From NCBI RefSeq assembly GCF_001194135.2, contig NC_068982.1, positions 172,743,677 to 172,807,676 of the forward strand: a stretch of DNA of 64,000 nucleotides. Reading direction: 5' to 3'. Below, one piece after another: positions 12,150 to 23,194 of the stretch (within the stretch, counting starts at the first letter, position 1; each line of letters starts with the position of its first letter). The position numbers and the translations under genes are program-made. Source of the stretch: Octopus bimaculoides. Taxonomy: Eukaryota. Below the pieces are notes generated by a model, which was not told the origin of the DNA, did no database searches, and worked only from the letters and a program-made list of their open reading frames with translations.

Positions 12150-13446
12150 TTGTTATTTTTAAATTACGTTTACAATTAGGGCTGTTATCAGCAAAAACTT
12201 GCAGATCTTCTGTAAATGCCAAACCCAGCAATATTCTTTGCAATTAATTGGAGTGGAGTCGGTGAAATTTCCGTATAATTCATCTGTATTCTGAGCTTGC
12301 TCTTGTTCTAACAATATCAACTCCTTGTTAGGTAAGCTTTCTCTGTGGGGCACTAGTAACTCAACCATTCCATCCTCTGTGACTCCTTGAAACCCTACAT
12401 CATTTGCAAATATCTGAATATCTTTCTGAATTTCATGTAGACTTTATGCTTGTAGAAGTCACAGGTTCAGTCTGGACAGAAATTTTTCAAGAACAATTCA
12501 AATTTAAGATTAAACTTCATGCTACGACCCATTTATTATCCATGTTGATGAACTTCTTCCAGAAGTCTCTAATTTAGGTTTATCCTCCTTTTAATTGCTT
12601 TCATAAGTTATTCGAAATTTCTTCTTGTATGATATTCTTTGAGGTTAGCTGTCACACTTTGATCCATGGGTTGAAGCAAAAAGATTGTATTTTTCGGAAT
12701 TTATTCTACTTTAATAATAATCAAAAAAAAATTATTTTAGTTCATGGATGCATTGTCTAAAATTCCTGGCATTGTACATTGTACATCGGTCCTATAGCAG
12801 GACCAAAAGAGCAAGAAACTCTTCAAAATGTCTTAACTCATGAATGCATTTTATTTGAACGAGAAATCAGAGGTAAATTAAACTTTGCCTAACCCTTGAA
12901 AGCCTTCGGATTTTCAAAGTGACACATGAGTAGGGACTTAAGCGGTATTTCCAGCCAGAAGAAACGTAGATTTTTAGAATCTTTAAATCCTAGTGTTGAT
13001 TTTTCTTTTCGAGAAATAGTTCTAGCTCATATGCACTTCCAAAAAAGCGTAGTTTCATTATCATTGTATACTTACCCCAGAATGTGTTCTAGTTAGCAAT
13101 GTCTCTCCCCCTCCACCCGCCAGCTACTCAGGTTTATTATAATTAGCAACCTCTGTGTCTGTCATTTTTATGTTGTGCATATTAAAGCGCTTCTTAAAGC
13201 GCTTTCACTTAATTTTCTCATTATTGTCATGAGTTTTCCCACTGCACATGTTGCAAACTTTAATATTTTGGCAATGTGGCTGATTTAGTTCTCCTGCATC
13301 AAGTTTCATATTCATTATAATCTTCTTACGGTTCCTTTTCGCATTGCTGCCTTCACTTCCAGTTAACGGTTTATTTCCAGTGTTCTTGAATTGTAAGTAA
13401 CTTGAAAGTTGTTACACTTTACAATTTCCGTAACACGAGAGTACCT
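12150..13446 (-). mobile_element. pogo/Tigger-like DNA transposon relic (degraded CENP-B/DDE_1 transposase)
   Basis: Minus-strand translation gives LFWKCI..RTISRKEKSTLGFKDSKN (~13050-12960), KSLLMCHFENPKAFKG (~12950-12895), ILDNAS (~12765-12745), IIKVE*IPKNTIFLLQPMDQSVTANLKEY (12718-12630) and ELLVPHRESLPNKELILLE (12368-12310), in Tigger motif order with stops and frameshifts. Ends not well defined. Confidence 0.85.
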
Positions 13447-13499
13447 TCCTCTTTCTGTGTACACACACACACACTCACGCACCACTATTGGCTGGTTAT

Positions 13500-14095
13500 G
13501 ACGGAAGAGGCTATGCTTTCGCCGTGCCTTCGAGTCCAGTTAAATTTGATGCCGCTTAAACTGTTCTCTAGAATATTCCCCTCCATGTGCAGGGAAGAGT
13601 ACTCTAGGGTACCGGCATTCTATGAAAAGAGGACTGGCCGTTGTGGTTAAAGTTTGGGTGTCAGAAGAGATGAGTGGGTCAGGAGTGTTTGGGTGGAAGT
13701 GGAACAGACTCATCCACTTGCGAAGGAGCAACGGTCACTGTAGTTAGAACAGGGAGTGGATTGTCGAATGGCCTTTCTTTGAATGCTGTCTAGAAGAGCT
13801 ATCTCAGTGGGTAACAGCAGCACGTTCCTAGATGTGAGAACACTATTCCATTGTGGGTCGTAACTTAGCTTTGTAGAGTGGTAGTAAAATGTTGGTCCTC
13901 AAGAATTTTCTGGCTCTGCAGGAGATGGCTATTCTTTGCGATGAAGTCTTTACTATCTTGATGATTTCGCCAGAGAGGTCCTTGTGCTCTATTTATGTGT
14001 TGTTCATATAGGAGTAGTGAGATGCAATAATGATTCTTGGCGATAGTTGGCAGGGCCTGAGAAGTTATCTTCACTGGGAATGGGTCACATTCCAA
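13500..14095 (-). mobile_element. CR1/L2/Jockey-type LINE, 3' part of the RT ORF (relic)
   Basis: Minus strand: RARKFLRTNILLPLYKAKLRPTME*CSHI* then, after a frameshift, LLDSIQRKAIR (13920-13765). This matches the RT thumb motif LYKA..RP.MEYCSHIW...LLD.IQR.AIR. Confidence 0.75.
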
Positions 14096-14118
14096 ATGTG
14101 TATATACGTACTTATAAA

Positions 14119-15115
14119 CAGGGGTTGGACAAAATAATGGAAACGCCTTAAAATTTCAAACAAATTTATTTTAATATAGGGTAGGACCGCCTTTCGCTGT
14201 AATTACAGCTTGAATTGTATGAGGTATGGACTCGTACAAAGTTTGAATTGTTTCCAAGGGCAGTTTTATCCATTCTTCAGCTAAAACAGTCTCCAGTTCT
14301 TGTAGTGATGATGTTGGACCATATCAACTCCTTACTTGTTTTTCTAAAATGCAGCATAAATGTTCAATAATATTGAGATCTGGGGACTGTGGTGGCCAGA
14401 TAAGATGTTCAACATCACTAGAATGTTCCTCGTGCCATTCAGTTACAACTTTAGCTGTGTGAATTGGTGCATTATCATCCTGAAAGATTGCGTTTCCCTC
14501 CGAAAACAGTTCCGCAACCGTAAGATGAATTTGATCAGATAAAATGCTTAGTCTTGCAACGTTTTGTTTTTGAAATTAGTGGTTTTCTGGTTGCAGCCCT
14601 CCCGGGAAATCCGTCTTTGTGTAGCTCCCAGCAAACAGTTTCTATGGAAACTGGGTTCTCGTGGTGGTCATTAATTTCTGCAGTAATTTTGGGAGCTGTA
14701 CTTTTGTGATCCTTTCTAACAATTCGCGTAAGAGTCCGAAGTCCCGATCTGAAAGCTTTGGTTTTCTTCCGGAGTTTTGTTTCGACGAGGAGGTTTTTCA
14801 TTCTTTCTGGAAGGCTGCCATTACTTTCGAGACAGTACTGCTTGATACACCAAACATTTTTGCTGTTTTCGTTACGCTAGCGTCTGCCATAAGAGCACCA
14901 GCAATTTAACCTCTTTGAAAGTCCGATAGATCTGTTATTTTTAATGAATTTTAATTACCTTTTTATGATATCTGAAAAGAAACAGCAATTTTAGCAAAAC
15001 ACATTAAGTAACACTAATAATAAATAAAAAAATAACAAAAATAAACAAGCTTTTGACGGTTTTATGGATGTTTCAAAATTATGATGCTAGGTGTTTCCAT
15101 TATTTTGTCCAGCCC
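14119..15115 (-). mobile_element. Internally deleted Tc1/mariner transposon with both TIRs, DD36E (Incomer-type)
   Basis: Left TIR CAGGGGTTGGACAAAATAATGGAAACGCC at 14119; right TIR GGTGTTTCCATTATTTTGTCCAGCCC at 15090-15115, running into (TA)n. Transposase relic lies between them. Confidence 0.92.
14171..14938 (-). pseudogene. Tc1-family transposase pseudogene (HTH domains + C-terminal DDE half; first catalytic D deleted)
   Basis: TDLSDFQRG*IAGA..ASVTKTAKMFGVSSSTVSKVM...SGRKPKLSDRD / RIVRKDHKSTAPKITAE..KPLISK, then a deletion near 14550, then ILSDQIH..ELFSEGNAIFQDDNAPIH...WPPQSPDLNIIEHL...IQAVITAKGGPTLY*. Confidence 0.92.
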
Positions 15116-15148
<33 letters not shown>

Positions 15149-15299
15149 GGAGGGACAGACAATGTGGCGCATTGTTTGTGGGTAGTGGAAAAGACATTGC
15201 CAAGGGCAGTAGCATTGTTAGTTTGAAGCAACGGCATGTATGTTGTGCGTTATAACGAACTTGGTAGAATGGGAATTATAGATTTGGAGAATATTTAGT

Positions 15300-15900
15300 T
15301 AATGTGTGGAGTTGGATGCAAAGCGTGCATTGAAGGTGTAAATTTTCTTTCTCGTAGAAGTAGTGTTTACAAACATCAGTTGAGAAGTACGGAGAAAGAG
15401 AATTCGGCAAAATTGGGAGATGTAATTTTGCCAAGGGACCCAAAACTTTGTCTTATAGTTTGGAATGCTGTAGATTTTGAGGGATGTCCAATTCACTCGA
15501 GTCTCTTTCATGGTTCTGATGATGGTCTTGCAGTCGTTGTGTTAGTGCGTAAGAGCCGTCCGCTTTTGTAGGGGCTGTTGACTTTTTTCAAGCGTTGTTA
15601 AATTTTTATTTACCCTTATCTGAGCTGCAGCAGCGCAACTGTGAGTTAACCACTTGGAGTTTCTGGTCTATCCGTGTTTTATTGTTTAGGATGAGGAAAA
15701 AGGCATGTTTAAAAACTGTTTCTGATAGGTCAGATGTACTGCTGGGAATAGCGTAGAGGTGGCGAAGCTCTGGGCAGTTTGCAGACTGGGGGGTACCATA
15801 CATAGGTTTCCGAAAGATGTGAAGAACGTGAATGTATGGTAAGGTAGTTGCGATAAGGCTGTAGTCGGACAACCCATAGATAGTTACGAAATTATAGAGA
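15300..15900 (-). mobile_element. Degraded coding-like relic, possibly the N-terminal ORF region of a Penelope-like or other retroelement
   Basis: Complex, protein-like minus-strand frames (ORFs 15606-15872, 15299-15511) with few stops and no splice context, sitting among other TE relics. Family assignment rests on a weak resemblance only. Confidence 0.3.
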
Positions 15901-16069
15901 TTGAGTGTGGATGTACGGAAAATCTTTGCGTCGGCCAGAAATAGGCGATTAGGAGATAATACTAATTCATAGAGAAAAAGTTGTATATACCTTCAGGCAT
16001 ATATGTATGTGTGTGTGTATACTTACATCATACATATATAAATGTGTATATACCATAGATATTTCCCCT

Positions 16070-16390
16070 TTCCACCACTAAGGATTATTACAGTAATATA
16101 GGACAGCACATTCATATGTATTTATTGATAAGCAAGTGTTTTTCTAAATCACTCTTTGTAAATGGAGCGACTGTTTTGTCTCAGAAAAGACATTTCGCTG
16201 TTGTAAACATGTTTCTTTTTCTTTTTTTTTTCAACATTCTCGTCACTCGCGTGTGTAAGCTAGAAAGAAAATATTAATAGGATTTGTCGATTTTTATCGT
16301 TATCTTTTAAATTATTATTTTTAGAATTTTCTTTTTTCTTTTCATCTCTTACAATTTTTGGGGAAATTTAAAATATTTTAGCTAAGTTAA
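16070..16390 (+). repeat. Unclassified interspersed element, copy 2 (more diverged paralog of 11030-11390)
   Basis: Collinear similarity to 11030-11390 along its length. Confidence 0.85.
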
Positions 16391-16692
16391 CATCACTAAC
16401 GCATATGCACCATTGTGTACTCACCGTCTCTCGTACACATAGATAGATATACATGCATGTGTATGTAATCTGCCTAGCTATGTAATAATAATAATAATGA
16501 TAATAATAATAATAATGTGATGCACCTCCGTCTCCATCTGTTTCCTCCAGTCTGAATCATTTCAATGAAAATGCATAATTGACAACTCAGTCGCTGTTTC
16601 ACGCACTCGCACTTACTACCGCTTTCTCTTCAACATGTTTGTCCATAGCTGCCGCTGTGACTAACACGAATTAATAAACATCTCTCTCTCTT

Positions 16693-16724
<32 letters not shown>

Positions 16725-17394
16725 ACACACACACGTGTAGTATAGTGACTAGGGATTAACGCCTCCTAAACACCAGTACTAACAATGTTCAAGTTCTTTC
16801 TTTTCTTCTTTATTTCTCGCTTGCAAAACTTTGAAACTACTGGATTTTTTTTCTCTCTCTCTCTCCTCCCCTCCTTCTCTTTCTGTCTCTAACACCCCGA
16901 CATCGTAAATGTGTGAAGATCTCTCCTGTCACGGGTGACCTACCCACCAGATTATCCCCTCTGCCTGCTCCAACCCTACCTTTTGATGTCAAATGTATAA
17001 TTACCACTCACATACACACTTAAATTTCCTTTCTCGCTCGCCATCCACCCATCCGTCACATTAACAGCTGCAGACACACGCACACATATATACACACACT
17101 TGCAAATAGAAATCACATTTTTGATTTTTCATCAATATATTTTCTAGCCTGTCATTCTCATTATTTCTCTCTCTCACCCACGACCCTACACACAGACACG
17201 GCACACATTCGTACAATTTCTCCCCCCCCCCCAACACTCTCTCTTTCTCTGTTCGAGCTCTTACATAATGTTGGTTGTGTACTGGTCATGCTTCCATATC
17301 GCGATTGCGTGCCTGTATGTTTTGTGACGAGTGTTCGACTGTGACTGTAACTGGGAATCGAGACTGTAGACTCAGTTTGCTATGCTCTTCATCT

Positions 17395-17436
<42 letters not shown>

Positions 17437-17853
17437 CACGCATACAGACCGACTGAATAGATAGAATGAGAGAAGGATCGTGGGGAAAAAAAAGAGATTC
17501 CTTTTGCCATCGCCTTCCCCTGTTTCTCCCATTACAAATGACCACATACATTTCGAAATCCAAGTCTCTCTCTCACACACACACACACACACATTCATCT
17601 TTCAATCTCGCTCACTTTTTCTGTTTAAAACACACATTTTCCCTTTGTCGCTTCCACAAAATCCCCGTCACGCAATCTCTCACATCCTCTTTGTATTCTG
17701 TGCGCCCTTATATTACCCTCACATGCACATCCATCCCACTCGGTCGCGTACACGTTAGTACTCTACTACTGCCGTTGTATTACATCATTATTCACTGCTG
17801 CTGCTGCTGCTGCAGTAGTTGTGGAAGTTGTTCCTGCAATAAACAAAACCATT

Positions 17854-17921
17854 TATAAACTAGCCAATACCACTATTGTCAGTCAGTTATCGTAACTGGT
17901 CTTGTGTAGTGTATTGTAAGT
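17854..17921 (+). promoter_or_regulatory. Pol II core promoter (TATA + Inr) and candidate 31-nt first exon (17885-17915) with GTAAGT donor
   Basis: TATAAA at 17854-17859; Inr TCAGTT at 17883-17888 with A+1 at 17885, placing the TATA at -31; GTAAGT at 17916-17921. Lies at the edge of the CpG-rich domain. Confidence 0.6.
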
Positions 17922-18121
17922 AAAGCGCCCTGTGGAACAACGTTGTTATAATAGTATAGTGTTGAATATTATCGACGAGGGAGAGTGTTCCCTTCTAATA
18001 AAATCAAGATATAAATCGCCGATTAAACATGTCTTACAGTATTTAGTTTCGTTTTTACAAAGTCGGTGCTAAAATTGTGCTGGGATTGACTTGTATTCAC
18101 GCTGACGTTGCTTCTATATAT

Positions 18122-18215
18122 AGGCGCAGGCGTGACTGTGGTTAGAAGTTAGCTTCCCAATCACATGGATGGTTCCGGGTTCAAGCTCGTTGCGTGGTCC
18201 TTTGGGCAAGCGCTA
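18122..18215 (+). mobile_element. SINE tRNA head fragment
   Basis: GGCGCAGGCGTGACTGTGG...GGGTTCAAGCTC...TTGGGCAAG, the same head as families A/B. Confidence 0.75.
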
Positions 18216-18498
18216 GAGAGTGATGGTGAATTTCTTCCACTACTGGGTTTCATTTCCTAGTCCCTCATCTCTTATTGAGACGGCTTATACTTCTCGCAGG
18301 CAATGTGAGGCCGTATATTCGGCAGTCCAGGCTAGCCTTAATCGAGGACATTTATGATCAAAGACGTTCCAGTTTTGACGTATCCGTCTTTCCAGTTAAA
18401 AACGTCGCCAGAAATTTATTTGGTCTATTCTTTTTTTTTTTTTTTTCAGAAATAGTAGCTTTTGATTTTAGAGAGATTCTGGTGTTGTTTCTAAACAG

Positions 18499-18563
18499 GA
18501 ACGCTCTTATTGGAAGCTCCCTTGTTGACTCGTGAATCGAAGTATGAAGTGCTTGTTGCATAG
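18499..18563 (+). other. Candidate 65-nt exon (5' UTR or start-containing)
   Basis: TTGTTTCTAAACAG|G acceptor and CATAG|GTAATT donor; ATG at 18544 gives MKCLLH. Splice signals only. Confidence 0.3.
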
Positions 18564-19082
18564 GTAATTCGATGTGGGGTACTGTGAATTCAGTGTTACA
18601 AGTAATGCGTTGCTTGTAGACCTAGCATCGTGTGTATGTGTTGAAGACGGCAGTTGTTGCTTAGGTGACGAATGTAATATCGTGGCGGGATACATACTTG
18701 TGCTACGTGGTGAGTGTCATGTGTGTTCTAAAGTCAGTGCTGTACCTTGTTCATGTAACAAAAATTTGTAGTAGTAGTTGTTTATTCCATCCATGTGCGC
18801 CTGTAATTTTTGACTCCAGTAAGAAGTCTGCAAATCTGGTTTTGATGTAATGTATTCTTTTCTTCTTTTTTTTTATCTTAGTCATCAGTCATGCTCTGGC
18901 GATCGACATTAATCGACTCTACATCTGCCCTCACCCAAACAACTTATGGTCTGGTGCCAATGTTAGAAACGATTATTTTTACTTTAATCTTTGTATTGCC
19001 CTAAATGGTTTTTGTGGCCCTTGTAGCCAATAAGGAAAGGGATATTATTTTCTTATTATTATTGTTAGTCGTAGTAGTAGTA

Positions 19083-19380
19083 GACTGACAGAATCGCTAG
19101 CGCGTCGGACCAAAATACCTTGCTGTATTTGTTTCTGCTCTTTACATTCTGGATTCCAATTCTGGCAAGCTCAAATACTGGGGTCAGTATTGTCGATTAA
19201 ATCCTCTTCCCTTAAAATTGATGATCAGAAGTCCTTATTATTCAAATCGTCATTATTTAAGTGCAATAAACTGATATCAGTAATACACTGAGGTCAGTAT
19301 GAAATCGACTTACTCCTCCCACTCCATTTTTTTTTTTTTTTTACTAAATTTGTGACCCTGTGTTGTGCCAAAGTTCGAAA
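19083..19380 (+). mobile_element. SINE family 'C' fragments
   Basis: CTGACAGAATCGCTAGCGCGTCGG...TACTGGGGTC... and a 3' end ...TTGTGCCAAAGTTCGAAA; homologous to 63012-63230. Confidence 0.7.
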
Positions 19381-21715
19381 TGATTATATGCCAATGACGG
19401 TATTTTAGCTTTAGAAGAGTCTATTGACATTTCTGAGTTGAAGTCCGGGCAGAAATGATTGGTTGCTTCAGAGAAATTTATATGCAAATCTGTAGCTTGT
19501 TTTCGCTGTGAGAAATCGTTATCGTTATCATCCGTCCATGTGATCTACGAAGAAAATATTGCATGTGAAAGGTGTGGGCCGTTGAGTAGGCTAGTAATGT
19601 ACACAGCTTCATCGGTGTTGTGAATAGAAGAGACATGACAAGACATGGCTTTTGATCAACTCTTCACCCCAACCATTCTTCCATATAGTTCTGCAGTTTC
19701 GCTTCTTAGTGATCTATCTGGCTGTCTGTCTAGCTACCATCAGTTATCTGTCTCCATCTCTGTCTGTACGGATTAGGGTTCTATGTTATCAATTGAACAT
19801 CCCTCCTCTATTCTGTTTATGTATGGGGCCTCAACACCCACATAGTGAGCCCCCTTTATCTAGTTTTAAGGCTCATATGTCTCCTTCCCGTATTAAACAA
19901 ACTTTCTCACTCTCTCTATCCCTTTCCTTAACTGGTCCCCCACCTCGCATCAGCCTGATCACCTTGCGTTCTTGCTACTTCCCAGTCCCCCCCCCGCCTC
20001 TCTCTCTCTCATTGTATTTCTTGCTATACTGGTCTCTTCATTAACTCATCTGGTGACTTGTTCTTTTGACTCTCAGGTTAAATGGTCCCTTGTGGGATGC
20101 TGTTTGTTGAGGCAAATAGGAGGTGGAGTACTGTTTCTTATATACTCTTTGATCGCCCTCGCCTCTTTATTTCATATTTCTCTCATATATTCTCTGGCTC
20201 TGTAGCAGAAAAAAGGGGTTTAACTCTGTAGACCCCTGTCTTTCACTTTATTTCTCCCTCCCTGTATTTGACTCTTTGTCTCTCTCATTGTTGATGACTC
20301 TTAGTCTTCCTCTCTCAATTCAGTATTCTCTATTAGCTTCTTAACCAACCCTTTTTCCACTTTTTCTTACAATATAGTTTCTTATTTCGTTTTTGCATTG
20401 CAAGATTCTTGATATGAATGTTGAAGCAAATCTTGTCTTGGGAAGGTCCTTATGCCAACACTCGCACTGGTTCAATATCACTTTACTGCTAAACAACATT
20501 ACACAAAGGATCAATTAGTTGGCTAGTCATTTAACCACTTGCCTCATAATAAAGAGGTGATATTCAACCAGTGCATGTTTATTATCGGTTTGGTGACTCT
20601 CCCAAGACACAAGGTAGCTTCTTTTGCATGTTCACATATTCTTCCCTGTCTATTTTACTTACTTACCTTCACTGATGACGTCTTATTTTTCGCAGATTTT
20701 GTTTTTTGTTTTTTGTTTTGTTTTGTTTAAATAATATAGTTCTAAGTCTTGACTGAAAAGATAGATTTTTAAAAAATGGCTGTCAAAATAGCAGTGTAGG
20801 TAATTCTACAATTTGTAGGAGAATATTAAAGAAGATGTTGCAGTTATTTAAGGTCTTACAGCAACCCTGATGAGCCAAACTTATGAATAACCATGCCCTA
20901 CCCAGCAAAGACCATCTCATCCAGTATCTAGAAATAAGGTGTGATTTGTGGTAATTTTTGGTAAATTTTTAGCTTCTTGGGCAACCATCTAGAATTTCTC
21001 TTTTTGAGTTTTTGTTGTTCAGAGCAATCCAAAGATTGACCCAGGTCATGAGTAACTTAATAGTATCACCTGATCTAACAAATCAATCATATCAATTCTT
21101 CCTTCCTTATACACTAACCTACAAATGTACATTTGAAACTTTTGTTGGATGGTGAAAGGTAAGGGGCTCCAGAGGGTCACATTTCTGGTGGAAAAAGCAT
21201 GGAAGAAATATATGGTGAATGAAAAAAAAAAATTCAAGGGACGATGTGGTGGATTTAGATCCCTGTTGACAGCATGGAGGAAATCAGCAGTTATGGTGGT
21301 TAATTCTTTCTTACCTGACTGAATATTTAACGAACAAGAAACTGAGAATCTACTCCCCAATATACTAACATCAAACTTAACTTACTTTTAGCCGGTCCTA
21401 ACTATGGTTGTTTTTTACTCTCAGATCAGTTCTAGCTGAACCAGTGCTGGATTAACCATTAAGCAAAAAAAAACAAAAAAAAAACACTCAGAGAAAGAGA
21501 GAGAGGCTTATTTCAGTTTCCTTCTATCAAATTCCTATCCTAAGGTACTGGTTGAGCCAGGGCCATAATAAAAGACACTTGCCTGAGGTGCCACACCATG
21601 GGGCCGAACCCCAAATTGTTGCATAAGATCCATTGGCTTTGAGTGAGCAAACACATATCATTGTAGGCAATTGGCTGAATGACTTGGTACAACCCATAGA
21701 TCTTTTTTATTACAG

Positions 21716-21786
21716 ATATGCTATGTGTCCTACCTAAATGAGGGCCATACTGAGAGAACCATAACATTGCAGCAGAGATTGATTGG
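21716..21786 (+). other. Candidate 71-nt exon, single open frame ICYVSYLNEGHTERTITLQQRLIG
   Basis: TCTTTTTTATTACAG| acceptor, TGG|GTATGT donor; the other two frames contain stops. No recognised homology. Confidence 0.35.
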
Positions 21787-22778
21787 GTATGTATCTGTCT
21801 GGATGTGGGTGACTGCAGCATAAGTTCATTAAGTGGGCTCAAGTTGTGACCAGTTATTCTTACTAGGATCTGTTTGCTGTGCTGGAGTAGATCAAACTTC
21901 TTCATAGCTGAGAGAAAAAGCTGTTTCTCTTTTTCTTTCTGTCTGATCACTTGATGTCATGATGGTTCTTTTGTTGTTATTGTGCTCTTGGCAGAAGATA
22001 AAAAAAAGGAAGGGTGGGGTGGCTACTGATTGTGATTATTGGGTTTCGTAACAATAGATCATTGAGGTTGTTGTTTAGCCCCAGGTCAGCCCAGATTGAG
22101 CAGGCCTATAAGAATGCAATGGTGCAGGTGGTGGCAGTGGATATATGTAGGCTTATTTGTGTTGCTGATATTGATGTAATTGCTCTGGTGATAATAGTAG
22201 TGGTAGTAGAAGGGAAGATTGTGCTGGTGGTATGGATGTTGTGATGATGGTAGTGGTGGTAATAGTAATAGTAGTAGGGGGTGGTGTATGTAGTGTCATT
22301 GATATAGATACATTTCATTGTTTAGCTATTCATGATGATGATGATGATGATGTAGATTGTTTATATTATTGTTGCTCTTTGTGTGTGTGTGTGTGTCCAG
22401 GTAGTGGTGGTAGTGAACGTCATTGTTGGTGGATGTATTATTTGTTATTAGCAGCTGTTGTGGTCATAACTGCAACAACAAAGGCAAGCATTGTTATAGT
22501 CGATGATGATGATGTATTAGTTGTTGTTGTTGTATTATGTGTGATGGTAGAAGTGGAAGGAGGGTGTCGGTATTGATTTTCTTTCTTTTTTTTGTTTGTT
22601 TGTTTTTGTTTTGCCTTGCTAACTATGGTGGCCCGAAGTTGGCTGCATGAACTGAGAGAAGCCTCTTGCCTCTGGTTTATGTCAAAGTAAGCTGGGGTTT
22701 GTGTGTGAGGTGCCCCAAATCACCTTCTATGGTTGCCCTCCCTCCACTCCTTTGGAAGACCTTTTGTTATTTTGTTCA

Positions 22779-22809
<31 letters not shown>

Positions 22810-23152
22810 NNNNNNNNNNNNNNNNNNNNNNNNNNNNNNNNNNNNNNNNNNNNNNNNNNNNNNNNNNNNNNNNNNNNNNNNNNNNNNNNNNNNNNNNNNN
22901 NNNNNNNNNNNNNNNNNNNNNNNNNNNNNNNNNNNNNNNNNNNNNNNNNNNNNNNNNNNNNNNNNNNNNNNNNNNNNNNNNNNNNNNNNNNNNNNNNNNN
23001 NNNNNNNATATATTATGTCATTGTTATTGTCAGTCTTACCCTTTTGCACCACATAAATCTCTTGTCCCCATCTTTGATTTATTAATTTTTTTTTAGTTAT
23101 TTCATCTCTTTATTGTCCCCCAAAGTTTTGGCTCTTGTGGCCATTAAAATCA

Positions 23153-23194
<42 letters not shown>

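Noticed and set aside
18574-18771. Cys-rich 65-aa ORF
   Set aside because: No signal peptide or known cysteine spacing; TG-rich DNA yields Cys by chance.
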